Assembly: GCA_000165425.1 (NCBI GenBank)
Contig: CT868452.1
Coordinates: 310,001 to 374,000, forward strand
From: Paramecium tetraurelia
Taxonomy: Eukaryota
Reading direction: 5' to 3'
DNA length: 64,000 nucleotides
Under the pieces are notes generated by a model. That model saw nothing but the letters and a program-made list of their open reading frames with translations. It was not told where the DNA came from and made no database searches. Both the position numbers and the translations under genes were made by a program. Shown piece after piece: positions 53,122-64,000 of this stretch (the stretch's first letter is position 1; each line of letters opens with the position of its first letter).

Positions 53122-55696
53122 ATGGTAAATTTTTCAGTTGATCAAATCAAAGAGATCATGGACAAATAAGACAACATCAAAAACATGTCTGTCATTGCAC
53201 ACGTTGATCATGGTAAATCAACCCTCACAGACTCATTGTTATGCAAAGCTGGTATTATCGCCTCCAAAGTTGCTGGTGATGCTAGAGCAACAGATACCAG
53301 AGAAGACGAAAAGGAAAGAGGTATTACAATCAAAGTCAACTGGTGTTTCTCTTTATTATGAATATGACATTTATGACAATAAGACCTTAGAAAAGTTTTT
53401 GATCAACTTGATCGATTCCCCAGGACACGTTGATTTCAGTTCTGAAGTCACAGCTGCCTTAAGAGTTACAGACGGTGCTTTAGTCGTCGTTGATTGTGTT
53501 GAAGGTGTGTGTGTCTAAACCGAAACAGTGTTGAGACAAGCTATGTAAGAGAAGATCAAGCCAGTCGTCATGGTTAACAAAATCGATAGAGCTATCTTGG
53601 AATTGAAGCATGATGGTGAAACAATGTATTAAAACTTCGTCAGAGTCGTTGATATGGTCAATGTCATCATCAACACCTATTAATAAGAAGACATGGGTGA
53701 TCTCCTTGTTCATCCAGAACTCGGATCAGTCTCATTTGGTTCAGGAAAGGAATGCTGGGCCTTCTCATGCACCAGATTTGCCAGAATCTATGCCAACAAA
53801 TTCAAGGTTGAACCACTCAAATTATAAGAAAGATTGTGGGGAGACAATTACTTTGATGCTGAAGGAAAATGCTGGAGAAAAGACAACATCAGTGGATCAG
53901 GAAAAGCTATGAAGAGAGCCTTCGTCGCTTTCATCATGGACCCAATCTGCAAATTGGCTAATGCTGTTATGGAAGGAAATATGGATGTAGCTAATAAAAT
54001 GTTTGAAACTTTGGGATTGAAACTCACATAAGAAGAAGCTAAATTAGAAGGAAGAGCATTTACTCAAGGCTGTTATGTCTAAATGGATTAATGCTGCTAG
54101 ATACATTACTTGAAATGATTGTGTGCCATTTACCATCACCAAGAAAGGCTTAAAAATACAGAACTTCATATTTATATGAAGGACCATAAGATGATGCTAT
54201 TGCTTAATTGCATGCTCAGACCGGGCACGTCCTCCCAAAGGGTCCATTAATTATGTACGTCTCTAAGATGGTTCCAACAACTGATAGAGGAAGATTCTTT
54301 GCTTTCGGTAGAGTTTTCTCTGGTACCATTGCTACTGGATAAAAGGTCAGAATTATGGGAGCCAACTACAAAGTAGGAAAGAAGGAAGACTTATTTGAAA
54401 AAGCTATCTAAAGAACAGTTCTCATGATGGCCAGCAGAGTCGAATACATCCCAGATGTTCCATGTGGTAACACAGTCGGATTGGTCGGTGTTGATCAATA
54501 TTTAATGAAGACTGGTACCATCTCAGACCACCCAGATTGCCATTTGATCAGATCAATGAAATATTCAGTATCTCCAGTCGTCAGAGTTGCTGTCTAACCA
54601 AAGAACCCAGGAGATTTACCAAAATTAGTCGATGGATTAAAGAAATTGTCAAAATCAGATCCATTAGTGTTATGCACAACTGAAGAATCAGGATAAAACG
54701 TTGTTGCCGGATGTGGTGAATTACACGTTGAAATCTGTTTGAATGATTTAGAAAAAGACTTTGCAGGTATTGAACTCATCAAATCTGACCCAATCGTCTC
54801 ATACAAGGAAACCGTATCTGCTACCTCAAACATTGTTTGCATGTCTAAATCACCAAATAAGCACAACAGAATTTATGCTTAAGCCACACCATTACATGAA
54901 AATTTACCAGATGCTATTGAAAAAGGATAAGTTACACCAAAAGATGAACCAAAACTCAGAGCCAAAGCTCTTAATGAAGAATATGATTGGGATAAGGATG
55001 ATGCACTCAGAATCTGGACCTTTGGACCAGATAACTCAGGTGCCAACATCCTGATGGATAAGACATCAGGTGTTTAATACATGAATGAATTGAGAGAATC
55101 AATGGAATCAGCTTGGTAATGGTCAACCAAGGAAGGACCACTTTGCGAAGAAAATCAAAGAGGTATCAGAGTCAACATTTTGGATTGTGTCTTACATGCT
55201 GATGCCATCCACAGAGGAGGTGGTTAAATCATCCCAACTGCCAGAAGATTGTATTATGCATGCGAATTGACAGCCCAACCAAGATTATAAGAACCAGTCT
55301 TCTTGGCTGAAATCACTGCACCAAATGACGCTACTGGTGGTGTATATAACTGTCTCAACACCAGAAGAGGAACAGTCATTGAAGAGGAACAAGTTGCAGG
55401 AACCCCACTCTCAGTGGTAACATAATTATTCTATTCTCATAGGTTAGAGCTCACTTACCAGTCGCTGAATCATTCGGTTTCACTGCCCATTTAAGAGGTA
55501 TGACCTAAGGACAAGCCTTCCCTCAATGTGTCTTTGATCACTGGGGCTATTGTCAATGGTAACCCACTTGAAGTTGGAAGCAAAGTATTATTTTACATTA
55601 ATCATTTAGGTTAATGAGTTAGTCTTATCCATCAGAAAGAGAAAGGGTATCAAAGTCTAATTGCCAGACCTTAATGAATATTTGGACAAACTCTGA
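53122..55696 (+). CDS. EEF2: Translation elongation factor eEF2 (apparent base-calling indels)
   Basis: [60 protein letters not shown], diphthamide loop [15 protein letters not shown]; extra bases near 53333, 54055, 54099. Confidence 0.96.
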
Positions 55697-55780
55697 TCTA
55701 AATATTGTATTTTAACATAACACAAATATTCAATTATAAAATATTGTATAATCTTTAAGAGGAATCTTAAAAATAAATAT

Positions 55781-56638
55781 TCATTATTGATCTTAAGTTC
55801 CCGAAATATCTGTCTCCAAAGTCTCCGACTCCTGGGAACCGCAGATCTTGAATAGTATTTAATGCATGATCCACTCCTGCAGTAATTACTTTCACCTTAG
55901 GAAATTGATGAAGCACTTTTGAGAGACCCTTTTCACATGAAACTATATTCACTGCTGTAATGTTATCTTGACTTACACCATGAGATATCAATGCTTTGAT
56001 AGCCGTAGTTAATTCTACCTCCAGTAGTTATCATAGCATCTGTAAGAATTACCTAATTTAGTTTTATATTCATACTTATTTTTGATCTACATCTTCTGGC
56101 AATTTACAATAGATTAATTGCGGATCCTTGGTCTAAGGATGCTCTTAAACTAGGATGAATCCAACTGATGTGCCTGGTAGCACTTTTAGGGCCTCTCCCA
56201 AGAATGCATTTCCAGATCTTATCATCACTACCACGCAAAATTAATTCTACTCAAAGCTTATGACTTAGGCTTACTATTGTAAAGCCTGTTACCCTTCTGG
56301 AGGGGACATTTTTTTTATGTGCTCCGACACTGCTTTTTCCAATAGCAATCGAATCAATCGATCAGAATATAAGCGAAAATTCTTAAATTAACTAATGATG
56401 CTACTTTGGTTTGTGTTGTTTTATTGCGAATAACGCTGAGGATATGTTCGACTTGGAATTTATCGAGCACATACAGACTGGGGAACCTCAGACGAAATTA
56501 TTATAATTCTGTATGGGAAATGAATGAAAAGTAGGGAGCAGCACATTAAAATCGATTATATTTTTATTAGGCTACTAAGGTGAGGCCGATCAGTCCAATC
56601 AATCCTGCCTTAACTAATTTTGAGTTCATAAAGTTCAT
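55781..56638 (-). CDS. UPRT: Uracil phosphoribosyltransferase with an N-terminal targeting-like extension
   Basis: IRNKTTQTKNFRLYSDRLIRLL, MIRSG, YCKLPEDV, PRPP loop LTDAMITTGG, PGVGDFGDRYFG; apparent 1-nt insertions near 56011 and 55800. Confidence 0.88.
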
Positions 56639-56789
56639 CTTTTTGAATTTTATTTTTATAATAATAATTAGTACTCTTGAATCTTTAGAAAATACATTTA
56701 ACTAATAGAAATACTTAAATTAGTGGCAAATTAGAACTTTATTATTATTTAATATATTAAAAATAAATATGGTTAATTTTAGATAAATC

Positions 56790-58072
56790 ATGCAAATAGT
56801 CCTACGCAAATTTAATGATAAATTGAATGTTTCAGCCTCTGCTGCTATGCTAATTGCTTGTTTTTGCCTATACAAGGCCAAAGCTAAACCCACTTTGCCA
56901 CTTGTGAAAATTAGCAATTTTATGTTAGTATTACAAAAGAAATTAGTTGAAGAAGTCATTTATGATGGATCTCACATTTTATTTAGATGCGTCAATCAAG
57001 CCCAATGGTTATCAACATAGGCTGATCCCATGATCAAGGGAAAAGAATTGCTGAAAGCATTGATGTAAGAATCTCATTCATGCATTTAAGGGAATACGGT
57101 GTTCCTAGATTCTAAAATTGTACTCAGATCTATTACACTGAAAGATAAATGGTGTATCTAATAGCCAGCATTGCAGCATTATCATATACATTTGGCATTA
57201 TGGCATCTCATATCATCAATTCACAAAAGCTTTCAAATAAATCCATGATTGCTTAGTCAACGGGTGTCAAATTTGTCAATATTTATGGACTAGAACATGC
57301 AAAAAAATAACTCTAATAAATCATAGAATACTTATAAGACCCACAGAAATTCAGAAATGTAGGTGCTAGATTGAGGAGAGGAGTCATGATTTATGGTCCT
57401 CCAGGAACAGGAAAAACTATGCTTGCCAAGGCTACAGCAACAGAAAGCAATGTGTAGTTTTTATATTGTTCAGCAACGGAATTCATGGAGGTCTATGTGG
57501 GTACTGGTCCAAAGAGAGTAAGAGAATTGTTCAAAAAAGCAAGAGAATTGGCCCCAGCCATTATTTTTATAGATGAAATTGATAGTATTGCATATAAAAG
57601 GAAAAATTAAAATTTTGGTTCTGAAACTGGTGGGGATAATGAAAGAGTAAGCACATTAAATTAATTGCTTACAGAGTTAGATGGTTTTAAAGAGAATGAA
57701 AATATTGTTGTTATTGCAGCAACCAATAGAATTTAGATATTAGATGAGGCTCTTCTGAGAAGTGGCAGATTCGATATCAAAATAGAAATCGAGATGCCAT
57801 CAGAACATGATAGGAAAGGAATTCTTGGTGTTCATTTATAAAATGTAATTTTTTATTCATGATTTTAAAAGAAAAAACACTAAATATCTTCTGGAATGGT
57901 TGAATTAGTAGCCAAAAATGCTAATGGTTTCTCTGGAGCTGATATGGAAAATATTACAAACGAAAGTGCATACATAGCCATTGAAAAACAATAGGAATTC
58001 ATTATTGACGCAGACTTTTAGGAAGCCTTCAAAAAGGTGACCTAAGAGAAACAGAACTTTAAGGATATATGA
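56790..58072 (+). CDS. FtsH-like membrane AAA+ ATPase lacking the M41 protease domain
   Basis: Two hydrophobic segments, [73 protein letters not shown] 58070-58072 comes before any HExxH. Confidence 0.85.
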
Positions 58073-58113
58073 TGATTACATTTTTATATGTTTAGAAAAT
58101 ATATATTAATTAT

Positions 58114-59114
58114 TCATAAGTATCTTTCGATCAATGTCTGGATGTTATCTGGAACTTGATATGTTGTTCTGAAGAACTCTTTGAAATGACAACCTAAATC
58201 TGACTAAAACTCTTGTTTCAATATATCCAATGTATTGATTTAGACTACATGATTCAATTACTATTGCATTAAGATTAAGAAAATATTCTAAAACCATATT
58301 CCTTCTTTAATGTTCCTCTTCAATAATTCGCTCTTACTGCTGCACATCCAGTAGACAATCCTTTGTAAGTTTTAGACTCCCTAGAATAAAGAACATTTGT
58401 TACTTCATTAGTGAAATCCTTAATCGATTAAGCAGATATGACAAGGGCCAAACCGGAAGTAATGACTTTCTCGAACAATTCAAATTTAAGCTTAGAATAT
58501 ATAGATGATAATAATTACACAGCAAAGACTAAGGATGCAATCTATAACTTCATTTAAGAAGTATTGTTTATCATCTGATTATTATAATACCTGAGTAAAC
58601 AGATAGAAGATATTAGCTTGGATGTATTTTAATTGGTACTCCTCCTGACACAGCGTCTTTCTCAAGAGTTGAAAGGCATTTTTCTTTGAGATGTTTTTGA
58701 GTATGGTTGAAAATATGAGGTTGTCATAAGGAACGAATTTCAATTAGGACAGGATGACCCAAACAGTTTAGTTATCAATGTGTTTGAGTAGAAGTTCAAA
58801 TAATTTCTTATTGAGTTAGAAGAACTCTTAGAAGAGGAGTGCCTCAAACCACAATGGACTATTTTAATATAGTTTGATAAGGAAATGTTAAGCGTGTCTG
58901 TGTCTCTCCTTTTTCAGCAACTCCAGAGTCTTGGAGTGATAGTCACTCATGACTGATTACTCTTAAGGAAAGAGGGAGATATTGATGGAGTCAAAGGATA
59001 GAGTTAAAAGGTAGAACTCTAATTGATTGTTGGATGACAATTGAGCCACTAATAGGTTCAGAACATTTGTAAAAGCACTAACACAGAATTGTTCAGGGAT
59101 ATCTGTGAGATTCT
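58114..59114 (-). CDS. Hypothetical protein, 5'-truncated by the assembly gap
   Basis: Coding-like minus-strand sequence (NLTDIPEQFCVSAFTNVLNLLVAQ...) running out of the N gap. Confidence 0.45.
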
Positions 59115-59264
59115 NNNNNNNNNNNNNNNNNNNNNNNNNNNNNNNNNNNNNNNNNNNNNNNNNNNNNNNNNNNNNNNNNNNNNNNNNNNNNNNNNNNNNN
59201 NNNNNNNNNNNNNNNNNNNNNNNNNNNNNNNNNNNNNNNNNNNNNNNNNNNNNNNNNNNNNNNN
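59115..59264. other. Assembly gap (150 N)
   Basis: Run of N. Confidence 1.
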
Positions 59265-61741
59265 GATTTGACTAGACCATTGGAAGGAGATTGCCAATTG
59301 GAACTATTGAGTTTCGATGATAATAATGGTAAGGAAGTATTTTGGCATTCATCTTCCCACATTTTGGGTTCAGCATTGGAAGAAGTATATGGATGTCATT
59401 TGTGTATTGGTCCTGCAATTGATGGTGGATTCTTTTATGATTGCTACATCGGAGATTACAAGGTCACTCAGAATGATTATGTAAAAATAGAGAAAGCTGC
59501 TTCGGATTTAGCAGCATCCAAATAAGAATTTTAAAGAGCAGTCTTAACCAAAGATGAATGGTATCAATGATCGCCATTATCTTTTAGTTTAGAATTATTT
59601 GGTACTAATCCATTTAAGAGACAGTTGATAACCAATAAGATCCCAGAAGGAGCGATGACTACTGCTTACAAATGTGGTAATTTAATCGATTTATGCACTG
59701 GTCCACATTTGCCCAATACTAGCTATGTTAAGGCATTTTAAGTGACCAAGAACTCAGCTGCTTATTGGTTGGGTAAGAACACCAATGATGATTTGTAAAG
59801 AGTTTATGGTGTTTCATTCCCAAGTAAGAAATTGTTGGATGAATATGTCAAAATATAAAAGGAATTAGCCTTAAGAGATCACAGAAATGTAGGTAAGAAA
59901 CAGAATTTGTATCTGTTCCATCAATTGTCTCCTGGATCAGCTTTCTTCTATCCAAGTGGTGCTCATATTTACAACACTCTAATGAACTTTTTAAGAAGAC
60001 AATACTATATCAGAGGCTATTAAGAAGTTATTTCACCAAACATCTTCAATGCTTAACTCTGGAAGATAAGTGGACATTATGATAAGTATAAGGAAAACTT
60101 GTTCTTCATTAACATGGGTGAAGAGGGAGAATATGGTTTGAAACCCATGAATTGTCCAGGACATTGTCTTATGTTTGATATGATCCAACACAGTTACAGA
60201 GATTTACCAGTTAGATTTGCTGATTTTGGTGTCTTACACAGAAATGAAGTACATGGTGCTTTGAGTGGATTGACCAGAGTTCGTCGTTTCTAATAGGATG
60301 ATGCACATATCTTCTGTAGAATGGATCAAATCTAAGAAGAAATCAAGAGTTGTCTTGACTTTTTAAGTTACATCTATTCACTCTTTGGATTCGAATTCAA
60401 ATTGTATTTGAGTACTCGTCCTGAAAAATTCTTGGGAACCAAAGAAGTCTGGGATAATGCTGAATATCAACTAGAATAAGGATTAAAGAAATTTGGAAAA
60501 CCCTTTGAAGTCAATCCTGGAGATGGTGCTTTCTATGGACCAAAAATTGATGTCAAATTATATGATGCCTACAAGAGAGAACACTAATGTGGTACCATTC
60601 AATTAGATTTCAATTTGCCTGAAAGATTTAACTTGTAATACAGAGCCAGCGAAGATGTTTAAGAAGTCTAATAGGATAAGGAATAACTTCACAATGAATA
60701 AGTTTAGGCTGCCTAAGAAATCATTGATGTGGTTAGGAAAGCTTCTCATCATTCAGACACTGATAATATTACTACTGCCCCTTAAAATTCTTAATAATAA
60801 CCTGCTGAAGATCCTGTTTAAGAAAAAGCTCCACAAGAATAGAATGTTAAGAAACAAAAGAAATAAAAGTAATAAAAAGAACCATAATAATAATAATAAG
60901 ATTAACATAAAAAATAAAAATTACCTGAAGATATTATTGAATCTGGTTCAAGTCAAGGATTATCTCAACATGAATTACACAAAGTCTTACATGGTATTAC
61001 TTCATATATTACATTTTCTAGAAAAGAAATATGAATTGGGTTATCATCATTTAAAAGCAGGTTTTGCAAGACCAGTCATTGTTCACAGAGCTATTTTAGG
61101 ATCATTGGAAAGAATGATCGCTGTGTTGACTGAATAATGTGGAGGAAAGTGGCCATTTTGGTTATCTCCTAAATAATTAGTCTTATGTCCAGTTTCTGCT
61201 TATTATAAGGATGTTGCTGAAAAGATTGCTGCCAGATTGAGACTTGAAGGATACACTGTTACTACTGATGAAGCTGATTAAACTCTTGCTAAGAAAGTGC
61301 GTAATGCTCAAATCTAATACTTTAACTTTGTTGGAGTTATTGGTGAAGAGGAAGTAAAAGCTGGTGTTATTGATGTCAGAGATTGTGAAAAAAATACTAG
61401 AATTGTAATTTTAATATTTTATATCATCCTAGGGTAAATTAACTATTCCTTAATTGTGTAAATTCTTTGAATCCCTAAAACCTCCTAAATCAAATGTAGA
61501 AGTTCAAATTCATGAGCACGATGATTCACATTTGAAATTGAATGATGAATTACAAGAAAAGATGTTCTTGGAAGGCGATGGCTATTCTGTTGGGAAGAGA
61601 GATTTCGATGAATTTGCTAAAATTAAAGATATTGATCCTGTTCTATAAAATTTGATCAGATGGCACAAATATATGACTCATTTAACTAAAAAAGATGAGG
61701 CACCAGAAAAAGTCGAATAAGTTGAATAAAAGCAAGAATGA
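59265..61741 (+). CDS. TARS: Threonyl-tRNA synthetase, second copy (5'-truncated by gap)
   Basis: Matches 49916-52392. Confidence 0.9.
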
Positions 61742-62341
61742 AATAAAATAATTATTATCAATATAATATTTGAATATTTCACTTTTAATTCCAATAAACT
61801 TTGAGTTAAAGGAAATTTGTATAAAAATACTTCAAATTTCTAATTTATTTATATAAATAATCAATTAATAGTTAAATTAAGAGAACTAATTCAATTTTAT
61901 TCAAATACATTTGAGAAACCAAATATTCTCTTTTGATATATCAGAATTTAAGGAAGGGAGTTAAAATTTGGAATATATATAGAAGTATAATTATATAAAA
62001 ATGAATATTATATCAGCCATGTTTTATGAGTATAAATATACCTTTATAAATCATAATTAATCTAGTTAAATAACATATTCATCATCTTTAAGGATAAATA
62101 CTCAAAACTAGTTTAATGCTAAATAAGCAAATTGCTAATAAAGATGAATAAAAATCGTGCTCATGAATTGTAGATTGTGAAATTTCAATTGTAAATATAT
62201 TCAGCATATAATACTGAGCCAGTTATTTTTCAAATGGCCAAAATTTGATTCAAATACTTTGCAGAGTTTTGAATATGAATGGAAATTAAAAATTTAATGA
62301 TAAAAATAAAATTATGTTTCTTTGAATTATTATAATATTAA

Positions 62342-62370
62342 TAAATAATTAAAATATTTTATTAAAGAAT
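62342..62370. mobile_element. 29-bp TA-bounded segment (IES-like / TA-indel)
   Basis: Present here but absent at the homologous site near 52994; flanked by TA (TAAA) direct repeats with one copy left in the short form. Confidence 0.6.
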
Positions 62371-62498
62371 TAAAATGATTGCTCGTTTTTGTGAGATATT
62401 AATTATTATTGAATTTTTTTTATTTATGCGCATTTAATATAAAACCACGATTTAATTATGGGGAAATTTAAATCTTTTTTTTAAAAAGTTAAAAACAC

Positions 62499-64000
62499 AT
62501 GGTAAATTTTTCAGTTGATCAAATCAGAGAGATCATGGACAAATAAGACAACATCAGAAACATGTCTGTCATTGCACACGTTGATCATGGTAAATCAACC
62601 CTCACAGACTCATTGTTATGCAAAGCTGGTATTATCGCCTCCAAAGTTGCTGGTGATGCTAGAGCAACAGATACCAGAGAAGACGAAAAGGAAAGAGGTA
62701 TTACAATCAAGTCAACTGGTGTTTCTCTTTATTATGAATATGACATTTATGACAATAAGACCTTAGAAAAGTTTTTGATCAACTTGATCGATTCCCCAGG
62801 ACACGTTGATTTCAGTTCTGAAGTCACAGCTGCCTTAAGAGTTACAGACGGTGCTTTAGTCGTCGTTGATTGTGTTGAAGGTGTGTGTGTCTAAACCGAA
62901 ACAGTGTTGAGACAAGCTATGTAAGAGAAGATCAAGCCAGTCGTCATGGTTAACAAAATCGATAGAGCTATCTTGGAATTGAAGCATGATGGTGAAACAA
63001 TGTATTAAAACTTCGTCAGAGTCGTTGATATGGTCAATGTCATCATCAACACCTATTAATAAGAAGACATGGGTGATCTCCTTGTTCATCCAGAACTCGG
63101 ATCAGTCTCATTTGGTTCAGGAAAGGAATGCTGGGCCTTCTCATGCACCAGATTTGCCAGAATCTATGCCAAACAAATTCAAGGTTGAACCACTCAAATT
63201 ATAAGAAAGATTGTGGGGAGACAATTACTTTGATGCTGAAGGAAAATGCTGGAGAAAAGACAACATCAGTGGATCAGGAAAAGCTATGAAGAGAGCCTTC
63301 GTCGCTTTCATCATGGACCCAATCTGCAAATTGGCTAATGCTGTTATGGAAGGAAATATGGATGTAGCTAATAAAATGTTTGAAACTTTGGGATTGAAAC
63401 TCACATAAGAAGAAGCTAAATTAGAAGGAAAGCATTTACTCAAGTGCTGTCTATGTCTAAATGGATTAATGCTGCTGATACATTACTTGAAATGATTGTG
63501 TGCCATTTACCATCACCAAGAAAGGCTTAAAAATACAGAACTTCATATTTATATGAAGGACCATAAGATGATGCTATTGCTTAATCAATGAGAGAATGCA
63601 ACCCAAAGGGTCCATTAATTATGTACGTCTCTAAGATGGTTCCCAACAACTGATAGAGGAAGATTCTTTGCTTTCGGTAGAGTTTTCTCTGGTACCATTG
63701 CTACTGGATAAAAGGTCAGAATTATGGGGAGCCAACTACAAAGTAGGAAAGAAGGAAGACTTATTTGAAAAAGCTATCTAAAGAACAGTTCTCATGATGG
63801 CCAGCAGAGTCGAATACATCCCAGATGTTCCATGTGGTAACACAGTCGGATTGGTCGGTGTTGATCAATATTTAATGAAGACTGGTACCATCTCAGACCA
63901 CCCAGATTGCCATTTGATCAGATCAATGAAATATTCAGTATCTCCAGTCGTCAGAGTTGCTGTCTAACCAAAGAACCCAGGAGATTTACCAAAATTAGTC
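62499..64000 (+). CDS. EEF2: eEF2, second copy (runs off window; own indels)
   Basis: [34 protein letters not shown]...; extra bases near 63171, 63445-63451, 63642, 63727. Confidence 0.92.

Larger units (their letters stand above)
59265..64000 (+). repeat. Near-identical direct duplicate of 49916-54630
   Basis: Offset 9349 through ThrRS including introns; starts exactly at the gap edge; differs only by scattered indels, a few substitutions, one 29-bp insertion and one short replaced segment. Confidence 0.97.

Noticed and set aside
59058..59362. ORFs containing X runs
   Set aside because: Artefacts of translating across the N gap

Overview
AT-rich, gene-dense ciliate macronuclear DNA, almost certainly Paramecium: conserved proteins read through only if TAA/TAG = Gln and TGA is the sole stop, introns are about 20-30 nt GT..AG, and trichocyst matrix protein genes are present. 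The supplied standard-code ORF track therefore shows only fragments; all gene models here were rebuilt by hand. Recognisable genes: two trichocyst-matrix-type genes, PUS1/TruA, RPS5, a septin, RING proteins, a retinoblastoma-related pocket protein, a CTD small phosphatase, two tandem TPR genes, a divergent actin, a PMCA Ca2+-ATPase, an OFA-type MFS transporter, Rab6, a PHD-like protein, ThrRS, eEF2, UPRT and a protease-less FtsH-like AAA ATPase. After a 150-N gap, 59265-64000 repeats 49916-54630 (ThrRS-eEF2), probably an assembly overlap, and the two copies differ by a 29-bp TA-bounded, IES-like indel. Most notable: fifteen exons of exactly 102 nt (one TPR each), a compact RB protein, an MDH1B-N-like/Ap4A-phosphorylase-like fusion, and a GST-like tail on ThrRS.
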